Source of the DNA: an uncultured Planctomycetota bacterium
GTDB lineage: Bacteria; Planctomycetota; Planctomycetia; Isosphaerales; Isosphaeraceae
Reading direction: 5' to 3'
NCBI GenBank assembly: GCA_963845755.1
Contig: CAWJTV010000001.1
Location: forward strand, 224,001 to 288,000
DNA length: 64,000 nt
A model generated the notes under the pieces. It saw only the letters and a program-made list of their open reading frames with translations, was not told where the DNA came from and searched no databases. This document shows, piece after piece, positions 11,385 to 22,937 of this stretch. Position numbers and translations under genes: made by a program. Positions within the stretch are counted from its first letter, which is position 1. Each line of letters begins with the position of its first letter.

Positions 11385-11969
11385 TTAATTAGTAGTTTGG
11401 AGGAGAATCGTTGTCAAGCCCTGCCGCCGAAGCTTCTCGAACGAGCTGGGCCGGTATCTCCTCATGGGGACCAGCAAATTCGCCTCGCGGAGGTAGCGGC
11501 GGACCTGGGACGCTGAGATCGAAGGAACGATCCCTCGTTTGACGACTTCGGCGGCCAGACCATGGGCCGACCAGAGAGTGGTCTTCACGCCGGAATCCTC
11601 CGCGGATTCGCGTGCCACGGCCAGGATTCCCGCGATCTGTTCGCGTGTAAACTTGGGGCGAGCACCGCTGCGCGGCTTGTCAGTCAGGATCCGCTCGATA
11701 CTCTGCCTCAGATTGGCCTTCGCCTCGCTGCACTCGATGCCAACGAGGCGGTCCCACCCCCTGGCCCAGCGGCGGCGCCATCGCCCCACGAAGCGTTGCC
11801 CCAGGCCAACCTTCACCGCGATCTCGGTGTTCCGCCACCCATCGAACGCCAGGAGGATGATCGTGGCCCGTTGTCGCAAATGGTGAGACCCGCTGGCGGC
11901 GTCCCGGATCGCGAGGAGGACCTCGCATTGACGTTCGGTGAGGGTCACCTTAGCCGCCTTACCCGGCAT
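11385..11969 (-). CDS. IS630-family transposase N-terminal HTH region only (no DDE domain)
   Basis: Aligns by eye with the N-terminal ~160 aa of the 44262-45516 transposase (MPGKxAKVT...LRQRAxIIL...WRRRW...PSISxxQVxRYLREA), then diverges and stops. Confidence 0.8.
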   Translation of the reverse strand: MPGKAAKVTLTERQCEVLLAIRDAASGSHHLRQRATIILLAFDGWRNTEIAVKVGLGQRFVGRWRRRWARGWDRLVGIECSEAKANLRQSIERILTDKPRSGARPKFTREQIAGILAVARESAEDSGVKTTLWSAHGLAAEVVKRGIVPSISASQVRRYLREANLLVPMRRYRPSSFEKLRRQGLTTILLQTTN

Positions 11970-12535
11970 GGAAAAAAGCCTCCTGATGATTGGGGAGGGA
12001 GTGGAAGATCGTCAAGTCGAGCACGCTTTTCCGCCCCATGAGCCGTCAATTACGGTTTTTCGAACTCACACATCAGTGCATCGTCCGCATCCTGTTGCAA
12101 GAGTCAAATTAAACACGAATAATTAATTTTTAATCATGTGAGGCGTCACCGACGATGACTGCCGCGCACGATCTCGGCGTCGATCCTCAGTTCCAATCGA
12201 CGCCGGACCAATCGCGATCGACGATCGTCGGGCCGGAATCGATCTCGGGGGAATACCGATGCCGGAGGGACAGACCTTCACCCTCGGGCGAAGCTCCAGC
12301 CCGGAGCCCTTCTCGCCTCCCTAGGATTCGGCACCAAGGACAATGCCGTGATGGCCGGTTCCGCGGTCATTCTCCACCGGGGTACTGAAGGGGCGTTTTC
12401 TACGCCGTCCCAGCCCGACGGGCGGAAAGACCTGGCTCGGCGTGACGCACCTCGAAGAGGTGTCGGCCACAGGGTTTCGAGCCGCTGCGAAGCCGTGGCA
12501 TATTGCGAGCAAGGCGGAGAGGTCGCGCGGATCTC

Positions 12536-12886
12536 TCAACAACGCAGGGGCAGGTGTCTCGGCGATTCCTCTTGAAAGTTCGGATTCGCCGGGCGAGGGA
12601 GTTCGCGTCGAGAAGAAAAAGCGGGCCCTTTCGATCGGGGACGACGCGTCTCACGCCGAGGATTCCCGGTCGCCAGACGGATCATCAACTGATGGCGGGC
12701 CATCAGATCGCATTGGGTAATGGCCCGGACCCGCGAGACGGGGCAGGTGGCGAAATTCCTGCGGAGATAATTCGGGTGCGAGGTTCCCGTGACGGGTGAT
12801 CGGATGGGAGAAGTGAGGACCGACACCCAGAGGACCAGGGCCAAGGCGACGCGAGACCACAAGTCGATCTTCACGCTCGATCGCAT
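12536..12886 (-). CDS. Small protein with N-terminal hydrophobic helix, SPIR motif and C-terminal PLRC
   Basis: MRSS...VALALVLWVSVLTSPIRS...RHLPLRC*. Confidence 0.6.
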   Translation of the reverse strand: MRSSVKIDLWSRVALALVLWVSVLTSPIRSPVTGTSHPNYLRRNFATCPVSRVRAITQCDLMARHQLMIRLATGNPRRETRRPRSKGPAFSSRRELPRPANPNFQEESPRHLPLRC

Positions 12887-13204
12887 CGATAACCCCGGAT
12901 TTCAAAACGCAAAACCCCATTACTCCTCGTCAGAATACAGGAATCCGTCCGGATTGTCAAATCCCTATCCATCTCGGGCGAATGGGGGAATGGGGGAGAG
13001 GATGCCTACCGGGTGAAGACGCATGCGGGCAGGGGATGTCCCCCCGACTCCCGAATTCCCGCCTCGCCGCGTTGGAGGTGGCGATGCTTGACCGCCTTCC
13101 GCAGACGGGCCTAAGATGATCGGACGTTGAGCGAGTCGGGCCCGAGTTTTGCGAAGATTATGGTCGGGGTTGAGAGTGGATCGCGAGTTTGACGGGGCAT
13201 CTTC

Positions 13205-14658
13205 ATGCGCGTCGTGGTCGATTACCAGGATGATAGCCTGGAGTTCGAACTCTCCGGTGAGCAATGCGTCGCCTCCTGGAACGGCCCGAGCGGCCTGGAT
13301 TCATGCGAGGACGTTGCGGCCCTTTGCGCGGCGCTGGAGGACCCTCGGGATTATCCGCCGTTGCGTCAGATTCTGGTGCCGGGCGATCGGATCGTCGTGG
13401 CCATCGATCCCACGATTCCGCGGCCGGCGATGATTCTTGATGCCCTCGGTCAGGTCTTCGATCGGGCAGGGGTCGGGCCGGAGAGCCTGACGGTGCTCGC
13501 CCCTGCGGACGCCGCGGCGATCCGGGAAAACGCGTCGGTCGGGAACCACCGGCTCCAGGTCCATGACCCGGACGACCGGGCTCAACTGGCTTACCTGGCC
13601 AGCACGAAGCAGGGGCGGCGGGTCTACCTGGACCGACTCCTGACCGATGCCGACGTGGTCGTGCCGGTCGGCCGACTCGGGTTCGACGGGGATCTGGAGT
13701 ATCGCGGGCCCTGGAGCGTCGTATTCCCGGGGCTGAGCGCTCGGGAGACCATCCGAGCGTTCCGCCAGGATCGGCCCGACCCGGCCGGGGACCCGCCGCG
13801 CGGGGCCGATCAGCCGGGATTGAATGAATCCCTCGAGGTGAGCTGGCTGCTGGGGACGCAGTTCCATATCGGGTTGCTGCCCGGCGCCGACGGTCTGCTC
13901 GAGGTCGTCGCCGGGCGGGACACGACGGTCCGCGACCGGGGGATCGAGGCGCTGGAACGCCACTGGACCTTCCGGCGCCGTCGCGGGCCGAGCTGGTCGT
14001 TGCCGGCGTCGGCCGCCCGGGGATCCCCGCCACGCTGGAGGACCTGGCCGGCGGAGTGACGACCGCGGCCCGACTGGTCCAGCATGGAGGTAAGATCATC
14101 CTCCTGTCCCGAGCCTCGGGACCGATCGGGCCCGCGCTCCGCAGGCTGATGGACGTCGACGACCCCAAGTCGGCCGTGGCGGCCCTCCGCGGGCAAGAAG
14201 CGGCCGAGGACTACCCGATCGCCCGCCAACTGGCTCGAGCGATGGCCTGGGCCGATCTTTTCGTCCATAGCGCCCTCGATCCTCAGATCGTCGAAGACCT
14301 CTCCATGGTCGCCCTGGAGCGTCCCGAGCAAGCCCGGCGACTGGTCGCCGGGAGCCGCTCCGCCTCCTTCGTGGGTCGTGCTGAACTGACACGCGCCGAG
14401 GTTGAACTCGGGACCGAATTACTGATCAATTGCGGGTGTAATCGCACGCCTGCAAAGTTGACGAAGATGCCTGATCGAGGCATAATAATTCAAGGATTTA
14501 TGCCCGCCATAACGATTGCAAGCTCAGGGGCCTCTTGCAACACGCAAGTGGACCATGATCTGCAATCGTGCATGCCTCGGAAAAGCGTCCCGTGCCGGAT
14601 TCTCCCTCGTGCCCGTCGGGACACGATCGTCCTGCGCGGATCGCCCCGATCCGGCTAG
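13205..14658 (+). CDS. Lactate-racemase (LarA/DUF2088)-like domain protein; frameshift near 13975; true 3' end uncertain (may be ~14430)
   Basis: PPLRQILVPGDRIVVAID, VHDPDD..LAYLASTKQGRRVYLDR..DADVVVPVG resemble the LarA N-domain; adding one G at 13975 joins the two ORFs (TFRAPSRAELVVAGVG). Confidence 0.65.
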
Positions 14659-14836
14659 GGCATGCTCCGGCGATCCGATCGGCCAAACTTGATACCCGAC
14701 ATCGAGCAGCGCGGGAGGAAAAGCATGATCGTCACAGCCAGGTACCACGTAGTGGAGCGATTCGTGGCGTTGGCCCTGGCCCTGGGCCTGCCGGCACAAC
14801 AGGCCGTCATGAGTCCTCACGAGGAGGCAGGGGTCG

Positions 14837-16174
14837 GTGCGGCCGGGACGATCGGGCGGGGCACGATCCCCGAAGAGCGGCCCGGCCGCTCTGATCTCCG
14901 TGCGGTCCTCCCCCGCATCGGTGACTTATGACCGCGCGGCGCAGGTTGTGGCGCCGCCGGTCAACGTCACCGTGGCCCCATCCCGACCCGTCGCCCCGGT
15001 CGCTCCTGACGATCGCCCTCAAGTCCGGGCCGTGGGAGTCATCGCGAACGAACCGGCACTCGTGCGGAACGATCCCTACCGGCGGTATCATCGGGGTTGG
15101 CTGCATGGCTACTGGAACGCCCATCGTTCCAGCCCCCTCGCGGGGCGCCCTGCCGGCGATGGATCGGGATTCGCGCCCCGAGGAGAAGTCGTCCCGCGCC
15201 TGGTGTCGCGCCCGGGGATGGGACGGGGCTGGGGACTGGCCGCCTGGCTCATTGGTCCGATGGTCTACGACTGGGGATACTTCGACTTCACCAATCCCTT
15301 CAATGACGTTGCGGCTCCGGTCGATCCTGGCAGGCGGGATCCCTTTGATTATTCCCACCCGGTGAATGTCGTGGCCGAACCACCGGGCGAGGCGCTGTTC
15401 CACCAGGCTCTCGAACGCTTCCACGAGGCGCGCACGGCGTTTCGGCGGGAGGACTTTATCCAGGCCCTGAAACTCACCGACGCGACCTTGCGAATGGTGC
15501 CGAACGATCCGGCGTTGCACGAGTTTCGAGCCTTGAACCTGCTGGCGCTCCATCGCTACCGCGAGGCGGCCTCGGTCCTCCATGCTGTGATCGCCGTCGT
15601 ACCCGGCTGGGACTGGACGACCTTGACTAATCTCTACGATCACCCGGAAACCTACACGCGACAACTCCGGATCCTCGAGACCTTCGCCGAGGAGAATCCC
15701 CGTTCGGCTGCCGCGCGGTTCCTGCTCGCCTGCCAGTATTTCACCACCGGATACGACGATGCCGCGATCAGCCAACTGACGATCGTCCATGCCCTCCAGC
15801 CCAACAACCAACTGGTCGCTCGCTTGATCCAGGAATTCCGCCCTTCGAGACCGAACAATCCCCTGTACGCGGTTGCCGTGGCCGGGACGACAGGAGTGCT
15901 CGACGGAACCTGGACCTCCCATCCCCGAAACGACACGACCATCACCCTCACCTTCCAACCCCGCGGACGCCTGGTCTGCGAAGTCAACCGGCGGGGCCAG
16001 ATCCGCAAGTATGAAGGGGATTGCGTCTCCGACGAGGGTACCTTGACGCTCAGTCGGGAGCAGGGTGAATCCATGGTGGGCGACATCATCTGGAGCGGCG
16101 ATCACCAGTTCACCTTCAAGATCCTGGAAGGCCAGCCGGCCGACCCGGGACTTTCGTTCGCGAAATCCTCGTGA
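14837..16174 (+). CDS. TPR-containing planctomycete-type protein (the N-terminus may start at ATG 14725 through a frameshift)
   Basis: ARTAFRREDFIQAL...PNDPALHEFRAL...YREAASVLHAV..PGWDW helical repeats; GWLHGYW motif. Confidence 0.7.
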   Translation: MRPGRSGGARSPKSGPAALISVRSSPASVTYDRAAQVVAPPVNVTVAPSRPVAPVAPDDRPQVRAVGVIANEPALVRNDPYRRYHRGWLHGYWNAHRSSPLAGRPAGDGSGFAPRGEVVPRLVSRPGMGRGWGLAAWLIGPMVYDWGYFDFTNPFNDVAAPVDPGRRDPFDYSHPVNVVAEPPGEALFHQALERFHEARTAFRREDFIQALKLTDATLRMVPNDPALHEFRALNLLALHRYREAASVLHAVIAVVPGWDWTTLTNLYDHPETYTRQLRILETFAEENPRSAAARFLLACQYFTTGYDDAAISQLTIVHALQPNNQLVARLIQEFRPSRPNNPLYAVAVAGTTGVLDGTWTSHPRNDTTITLTFQPRGRLVCEVNRRGQIRKYEGDCVSDEGTLTLSREQGESMVGDIIWSGDHQFTFKILEGQPADPGLSFAKSS

Positions 16175-16332
16175 ACAGATGGTTGAGACCACAATCTCCG
16201 GCTAAACTGGGATGACGTTTCATTGCCTGCGATGCAGGCTGTCACGCAGACCCCGCAAGAACGGGGATTGGCCCCGTCGAGACACCGAACCCTCCCTGTC
16301 ATCGGGAGGTTTTTATTATTTGAAGCGAAATT

Positions 16333-17340
16333 ATGTTCGATTTCGTCCATGAAGATGCGAATCCTGTCGCTATCAGCCTGACCGACCGCTCGGACCGTTG
16401 CCGGATCGAGGTAACGGGGCCGGACCGGGCCAAGTTCCTGCACAACCTGACCACGAATGACGTCAAGCGGCTGGCGGGGGGACGAGGCTGCGAGGCGTTC
16501 GTCACCAGTCCGCAGGGCAAGACCATTGGCTACGTGATCATCCTGGCCTCCGAAGACCGGATCATCGTGCGTTCCGACCCCGGTGGCATGGTGCTGGCTT
16601 TGCCCCATTTTCACAAGTACGGGCTCTTCGACGATGTCGCGATCGTCAACCGGACGAGTGAGACGTTCGAGCTCCTCCTCGTCGGCGCCGGGGCGGACCT
16701 GCTGGTCCGTCGCGCCGGCGGTCCAGTGCCCGAACTCACGGAATATGCGCATGTCCCGGCCGAAGTGGGTGGGTGCGCCGTTCGGGTGATTCGCGAATCG
16801 CCGGCCGGATTTCCGGGCCTGACGTTGATCGGCGATCGTCCGGACGGCGCCAGAGTCGTCGAGGCCCTCGGGGCCGTCGGTCAACCTGGAGAATTGACCG
16901 AACTCGACCCCTCGGCATTCGAGTCGCTGAGGATCAAGGCTGGAACTCCGGTCTTCGGCAAGGACATCACCGAGAAGAACCTCCCGCAGGAGATCGGCCG
17001 GGACGCGCGGGCGATCAGTTTCGTCAAGGGATGCTACCTGGGCCAGGAGACCGTCGCGCGGATCGATGCGCTGGGGCACGTCAATCAGGTCCTCAAGGGG
17101 CTCGCGTTCGAGCCGGGAGCGACCTGTCCGGTTCCCGGTTCCGCCCTGGAATCCGAGGGGAAGTGCGTGGGCGCGATCACCTCGGCCGCGCCTTCGCCGG
17201 GCCGAGGACACCCGGTGGCCCTGGGCCTGATCCGGACCAGCCATGCGCGGGCCGGGACTCCCCTGCGGGTCGAGATCGCCCCGGACCTCGAACCGGTCGT
17301 CGCGACTGTCAGCGATCTCCCCTTCCCGAGTCTCGATTGA
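16333..17340 (+). CDS. ygfZ: Folate-binding Fe-S repair protein YgfZ/GcvT family
   Basis: Signature KGCYLGQETVAR; GPDRAKFLHNLTTND. Confidence 0.9.
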   Translation: MFDFVHEDANPVAISLTDRSDRCRIEVTGPDRAKFLHNLTTNDVKRLAGGRGCEAFVTSPQGKTIGYVIILASEDRIIVRSDPGGMVLALPHFHKYGLFDDVAIVNRTSETFELLLVGAGADLLVRRAGGPVPELTEYAHVPAEVGGCAVRVIRESPAGFPGLTLIGDRPDGARVVEALGAVGQPGELTELDPSAFESLRIKAGTPVFGKDITEKNLPQEIGRDARAISFVKGCYLGQETVARIDALGHVNQVLKGLAFEPGATCPVPGSALESEGKCVGAITSAAPSPGRGHPVALGLIRTSHARAGTPLRVEIAPDLEPVVATVSDLPFPSLD

Positions 17341-17421
17341 TACGACGCCTGTTCCGGTTATCCCGGCCGGATCACCAATCTTTTGCCGCGGTCCGCGGTG
17401 CACCGAGGTATCATCCCAGGC

Positions 17422-19871
17422 ATGCGCCATCCCCGCTACGTCTGCATCCACGGTCACTTCTATCAGCCTCCGCGCGAGAATCCCTGGCTGAACGTGGTGG
17501 AGGTCGAGGACTCGGCCGCACCATTCCACGATTGGAATGAGCGGATCACGCGCGAATGTTACGCCCCGAATACCCGATCGCGGCTCCTCGACGGCCAGGG
17601 CCGGATCACCCATCTGTTGAACAACTACGCCTGGATCAGCTTCAATTTCGGCCCGACGCTCCTCCAGTGGATGGCCGAGGCGGCCCCAGAGGCTTATCAG
17701 GGGATCATCGAGGCCGACCGACTGAGCCGGGAACGGCGGAGTGGTCACGGCAATGCCCTGGCACAAAATTTCAATCATACGATCATGCCGTTGGCCAGCC
17801 GTCACGACAAGGAGACGCAGGTGGTCTGGGGGATCGCCGACTTCCGCCGGCGATTCGAGCGCAATCCCGAAGGGATGTGGCTGGCGGAGACGGCCGTGGA
17901 CGTCGAAACCCTCGAGGTACTGGCCGAGGCGGGGATCCGGTTCACGATCCTGGCACCTCGGCAGGCCAAGCGGTGGCGGAAGTTGGGCACGAAGACCTGG
18001 GAGGCGATCCCCGACGGGATCGACCCGTCGCGCGCCTATCTCTGCCGCCTCACCTCCGGGCGATCGATCGTGCTGTTCTTCTACGACGCCATTGTTTCGC
18101 GCTACGTCGCGTTCGAGCGGCTGCTGGACAGCGGCGAGCGGTTCCTCGATCGGCTGTTCCAGGGATTCGACGACGACCGCGAGCACGCCCAGTTGATGCA
18201 CATCGCGACCGATGGCGAATCGTACGGGCATCATCATCCGCATGGGGACATGGCCCTGGCTTACGCGCTGGATCGCCTGGCCCGGCACCCCGACGTTCGC
18301 CTGACCAACTACGGCGAATTCCTGGAGCTGCATCCCCCGGAGTGGGAGGTGGAGATCCACGAGAACAGCTCCTGGAGCTGCGCCATGGCGTCGAGCGCTG
18401 GCGTTCCGACTGCGGATGCCGGTTCCGCGGCGACTGGCGGCAGGCCTGGCGGGAGCCGCTCCGCCGCGCGCTCGACGGCCTCAAGACGCAGCTCGATCAC
18501 CTCTTCGGAACCCGCGGCCGCGAGTGTTTTCCCAACCCCTGGGTCGTGCGCAATGCCTACATCCAGGTCATCCTCGACTTCGACCGCGACCGCGACGCGA
18601 CGATCTCCGCATTCCTCTCGGAGCATGGCCATCCCGACCTGGACGCCGTCCAGGTTACCGACGCCTTGCGCCTGCTCGAGATGCAGCAGGACGCGATGCT
18701 GATGTTCACGTCGTGTGGCTGGTTCCACGACGAGCTCAGCGGGATCGAGACGGTCCAGTGCCTGCAATATGCCGCCAGGGCGATCCATCTGGCCAAGCGG
18801 TTCCACCGCGACTTCGAGCCCGAGTTCGTCGCGGCGCTCCAGGAGGCGCCGAGCAACGTGGCGAAGTATCGGGATGGGCGTGGAGTCTGGGAACAGCTCG
18901 TCCGGCCGAGCGTCGTCGATCTCGACCGCGTGCTGGCGCACCATGCCATCAGCCTCGTCTACGGACTTCACGGCGAGGAGCGGAGGCAGCGCGTGTATTC
19001 CTTCGACCTCGAGACGATCGAGCACGAGGTCCGCAGGCGCGGCCCGGGTCACCTGGCCATCGGCCGCCTGCGCGTCCGATCCCGACGGACCTGGAACCAG
19101 GCCGAAGCCCGGTTCGTGGTCCTCCACTTCGGCGGCCTGGATTTCCATGCCCTGCTCAGCCAGGGGACCGAGGCCGACGCCTCCGACGCCTTCGAGGCGT
19201 TCCAGGTGGAATTGCTCGAGACCTACCGGTCCGGCTCGATGGCCGACGTCACCACCCTGGTGAGCCGGCAATTCCCCGGCCGCGCACACCGCCTCGACGA
19301 CCTCTTTCGCGACGAGCAGCGCCGGATCATCGGCATCATCCTGGAAGATCGGTTTGCGGACTATCAACGGTCGTTCGAACGGCTCGCCAACCAGGACGAG
19401 GAGATGCTCAATCGGCTCGGGCAGTTGAGTTACCCGTTCCCCAAGCCCCTCCACGCCACGGCCTCGGCCCATCTCGACGCGTGTCTTCACGAGGAGATCG
19501 CCCGACTGGTCCGGGGCGAGGTCGTCTCTCTCGATGCCATCGAACGGCTCTGCGAGCGCGGGCGAGCCTGGGGATATCAGCCCGAACGCGAGCTCCTCGA
19601 GAAGACGCTGTCCGAGTCGCTGCTCCGGACCCTCGAGGAGCTTCACCCCAGCGCCGATCTCGCCGGCATCACCAGCCGCGCCGAACAGCTCCTCGGCGCC
19701 GCCGGCCTCCTGGGACTCGAGCCAGACTTCTGGCAAATCCAGAACCGGCTCCTCAATGCGTTCGCCCGACTCACGGAATCCCGGGTGATGGATGCGCCGC
19801 TCCAGGCAGCCTTCTCCAAGCTCGCCGACGGCCTGAAAGTCAACCAGGACCTCCTGGGCTGGCGGCCGTGA
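17422..19871 (+). CDS. Glycoside hydrolase family 57 / DUF3536 protein (frameshift near 18383)
   Basis: HGHFYQPPRENPW, GMWLAETAVD, ATDGESYGHH; the restored SWSCAHGVERW joins the two ORFs; MFTSCGWFHDE. Confidence 0.9.
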
Positions 19872-20004
19872 ATCGCAGGGGCCCGTGGTCATAACAGACC
19901 GAGACCAGCCCGCGCGATCTCGCGAAATGCCCGCTGACGGCTGCCTGCCATGAAGTTGACCGTGTTCCCCGGATGGGGTACGATCAGCCACGAGGGGGTA
20001 TCTG

Positions 20005-20268
20005 ATGACCAAGACCAAAATGATTCGAGCCCGGGTGGACGCCAAGCTCAAGAACGATGCCGAATCCGTGCTGGAGAAGCTCGGCCTTACGGCGAGCGAT
20101 GCCATCCGCTTGTTCTATCGGCAAATCGCGTTGAGGAAAGGCCTTCCGTTCGATGTCAAGCTCCCGAACGCAGAAACGCGACGGGCGATGAAGGAACTCG
20201 ACGAAGGCAAGGACGTAACCCGATACGATCATTTCGACGACTTCCGCGAGGCGATGATGGGAGGCTGA
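20005..20268 (+). CDS. dinJ: RelB/DinJ antitoxin
   Basis: IRARVDAKLK..AESVLEKLGLTASDAIRLF..GLPFDVKLPNAET; directly upstream of YafQ. Confidence 0.9.
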   Translation: MTKTKMIRARVDAKLKNDAESVLEKLGLTASDAIRLFYRQIALRKGLPFDVKLPNAETRRAMKELDEGKDVTRYDHFDDFREAMMGG

Positions 20269-20271
20269 CCC

Positions 20272-20565
20272 GTGGCCACGGGAGAAGGACCCCGCCATCG
20301 CGCCGTCGTCACTTCCAGTCAGTATGAGAAGGATGCCAGGCGAGTACGCTCGCAGGGCAAGGACATGGCCCGACTGGTGTCGATCGTCGATGCCTTGCGG
20401 AGCAACGTCCGTCTCAATCCTCGGCACCGCGACCATCCCCTCAAGGGGGATTGGGAAGAGTATCGAGAATGTCACATCAAGTCCGACTGGCTGCTGATCT
20501 ACCGGCTCGACGACCAGACGGTCTATCTCGCCAGGACAGGAACCCATTCCGACCTGTTTGGCTAG
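20272..20565 (+). CDS. yafQ: YafQ mRNA interferase toxin
   Basis: RDHPLKGDW..YRECHIKSDWLLIY..LARTGTHSDLF. Confidence 0.92.
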   Translation: MATGEGPRHRAVVTSSQYEKDARRVRSQGKDMARLVSIVDALRSNVRLNPRHRDHPLKGDWEEYRECHIKSDWLLIYRLDDQTVYLARTGTHSDLFG

Positions 20566-20596
20566 AACAGAAGGTATCACGGCCAGGAAGGCCCGA

Positions 20597-20848
20597 CTAC
20601 TCGACTCCCGAGAGCCCATCCTCGGGAATGCTGGCGATCTGGACGAATGAAGCGGGGCCTCGCGTCAGCCCCGGCTGTTCGAGGACGAGGACCCCATAGG
20701 GCGATTTGGGGTTGCGGCGCCCGGCCGTACCCCCGGCGACACGGCCCCGAACCACATAGGCACCCACGACGACCTGAACGAGCGGCTGATCGGTCCCTTG
20801 ACGGCGCCGGATCTCATCGATGATCGCTTGAAACTGGTCGTATGTCAT
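20597..20848 (-). CDS. Hypothetical protein
   Basis: MTYDQFQAIIDEIRRRQG..., GGAAGG upstream, fills the gap between yafQ and the next gene. Confidence 0.6.
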   Translation of the reverse strand: MTYDQFQAIIDEIRRRQGTDQPLVQVVVGAYVVRGRVAGGTAGRRNPKSPYGVLVLEQPGLTRGPASFVQIASIPEDGLSGVE

Positions 20849-21269
20849 CACAAACCCTTCCTGGGTTATGGATTGCATCATTCCTCGGCCGATCCTTCGG
20901 CCTTCGGGAAGCTCGGCGCAACGTCAATCCTCGTGACCGTTCAGTCCCTCGAGCCATCGCCCGCGACACCCATCCCATCCGGTCGACCAGGCGGATTCTC
21001 AGTCATTCTCGGCGCGGGAGCCTGAGGGTCAAGACCGACTGTGACGCCAAGGGATGATCGGCGTTGACCCCTCGCCGGATTTATGCCAAAACTCGCGAGC
21101 CGCCGCGGCCGATCTGAGGAATGAGCGTTGCCAGGTCGGGTCGGCCCCGCCCGGCGGGACGGTCACGGTGGTTTTCGCGAACGCGATCCCCGGCTCGTAC
21201 AACCGCGCGAGGCGCTCGCAAAGATGCACCGCGCGGCGTCAGAAGCTCTTGCGATACGAGGAGTCGGTC

Positions 21270-22844
21270 ATGGGCGAGGTGCGGCCTCAGTCGGAGACGA
21301 TGCGCGCCGGGCTGATTCCTCATCGGTGGACCCGGGTGGATGACCCGGACTCGATCGCGGTCGTCAACGCGTATGAGGATATCATCGGGGGTGGAGGGCC
21401 GGCCGGACTGACCGCCGCCTACGAGCTGAGCAAGCACGGCCGGGCCTGCATCGTCCTCGAGGCCGACCCGCGGATGGTCGGCGGCATCAGCCGGACCGAT
21501 CAGTACAAGGGCTACCGGTTCGACATCGGCGGCCACCGATTCTTCTCCAAGAGTGACGAGGTCAACCGGCTCTGGCAGGAGATCCTGGGCGAGGAGTTCC
21601 TGACACGCGACCGCCTGAGCCGCATCTACTACAACCGCAAGTTCTTCCACTATCCCCTCAAGCCCCTCGACGCGCTCTGGAAGCTGGGATTCCTGCGGTC
21701 GTGCCGCATCGTGGCGAGCTACGCCAAGGCGCGGCTGGCCCCGATCCGGCCCGAGCGCAGCGTCGAGGATTGGGTCGTCAATCGCTTCGGACGCGAACTC
21801 TTCGAGATCTTCTTCAAGTCGTACACCGAGAAAGTCTGGGGGATGCCCACCCACACGATCCGGGCGGACTGGGCCGCGCAGCGGATCAAGGACTTGAGCC
21901 TCGTCCGTGCCGTGACATCGGCCCTCTTCCGTCGCTGGTCATCGAGACGGGGCGAGGTGATCAAGACCCTGATCGATCGGTTCCAGTATCCCCGGCTCGG
22001 GCCGGGGCAGATGTGGGAAGTGGCCCGCGACCGGATCCGCGACCAGGGTGGTACGGTCCAGCTCGATCGCCGCGTGGTGCGAGTCGAACACAACGGGTCG
22101 TCGGTGACCGCATTCCTGACCCGTGACGCCGCCGGCCGCCTCACGCGCTACCTCGGCCGCCACTTCTTGTCGAGCCTTCCCATTCGCGAGCTGATCCGGG
22201 CCATGGACCCGCCGGCGCCGACCGAGGTGATCCAGGCCGCCGAGTCGCTCAAGTACCGAGACTTCCTCACGGTCGTCCTGATCGTCGACCGCGCCGAGAC
22301 CTTCCCGGACAACTGGATCTATATCCACGAGCCGGGGGTGAAGTTGGGACGGGTCCAGAACTTCAAGAACTGGTCACCCGACCTCGTTCCCGACCCCAGC
22401 AAGACCAGCCTGGGCCTGGAATACTTCTGCTTCGAAGGCGATGACGTGTGGACCATGCCCGACGCCGACCTCGTCGCCTTGGGCCGCCGGGAGATCGCAG
22501 AGATCGGCCTGGCCTCGGCTTCCGAAGTCATCGACGGCTGCGTGGTGCGCATGCCCAAGGCTTACCCCGTCTACGACGACCAGTACCAGGACCACCTGGC
22601 GGTCATCCGCGGCTGGCTCCGGTCGCTCTCCAACCTCGAGCTGGCCGGCCGCAACGGCATGCATAAATATAACAACCAGGATCACTCGATGATGACCGCA
22701 CTCCTGGCCGCCCGGAACATCCTGGGGTTCGGGAAGTTCGACACCTGGAACGTCAACACCGACGCCGAGTATCACGAAGGAGCCGTCGAGGACGAGACCG
22801 CGAAACGGGCGGGACGAGCCGTGCCGGAACGGATCCAGGCGTAG
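21270..22844 (+). CDS. FAD-dependent oxidoreductase (protoporphyrinogen oxidase / UDP-galactopyranose mutase-like)
   Basis: GGGPAGLTAA dinucleotide fold, FDIGGHRFFSK, GRNGMHKYNNQDHSM; GAGGAG RBS. Confidence 0.85.
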   Translation: MGEVRPQSETMRAGLIPHRWTRVDDPDSIAVVNAYEDIIGGGGPAGLTAAYELSKHGRACIVLEADPRMVGGISRTDQYKGYRFDIGGHRFFSKSDEVNRLWQEILGEEFLTRDRLSRIYYNRKFFHYPLKPLDALWKLGFLRSCRIVASYAKARLAPIRPERSVEDWVVNRFGRELFEIFFKSYTEKVWGMPTHTIRADWAAQRIKDLSLVRAVTSALFRRWSSRRGEVIKTLIDRFQYPRLGPGQMWEVARDRIRDQGGTVQLDRRVVRVEHNGSSVTAFLTRDAAGRLTRYLGRHFLSSLPIRELIRAMDPPAPTEVIQAAESLKYRDFLTVVLIVDRAETFPDNWIYIHEPGVKLGRVQNFKNWSPDLVPDPSKTSLGLEYFCFEGDDVWTMPDADLVALGRREIAEIGLASASEVIDGCVVRMPKAYPVYDDQYQDHLAVIRGWLRSLSNLELAGRNGMHKYNNQDHSMMTALLAARNILGFGKFDTWNVNTDAEYHEGAVEDETAKRAGRAVPERIQA

Positions 22845-22937
22845 CCCGAACTCTGCGGACCTTCCCAACGGCCCCCTCTCAGGCGCGGGCGTGCGGGACT
22901 GAACATCGTCGAGAGAGGATACCCGAAGACCGGCCGA

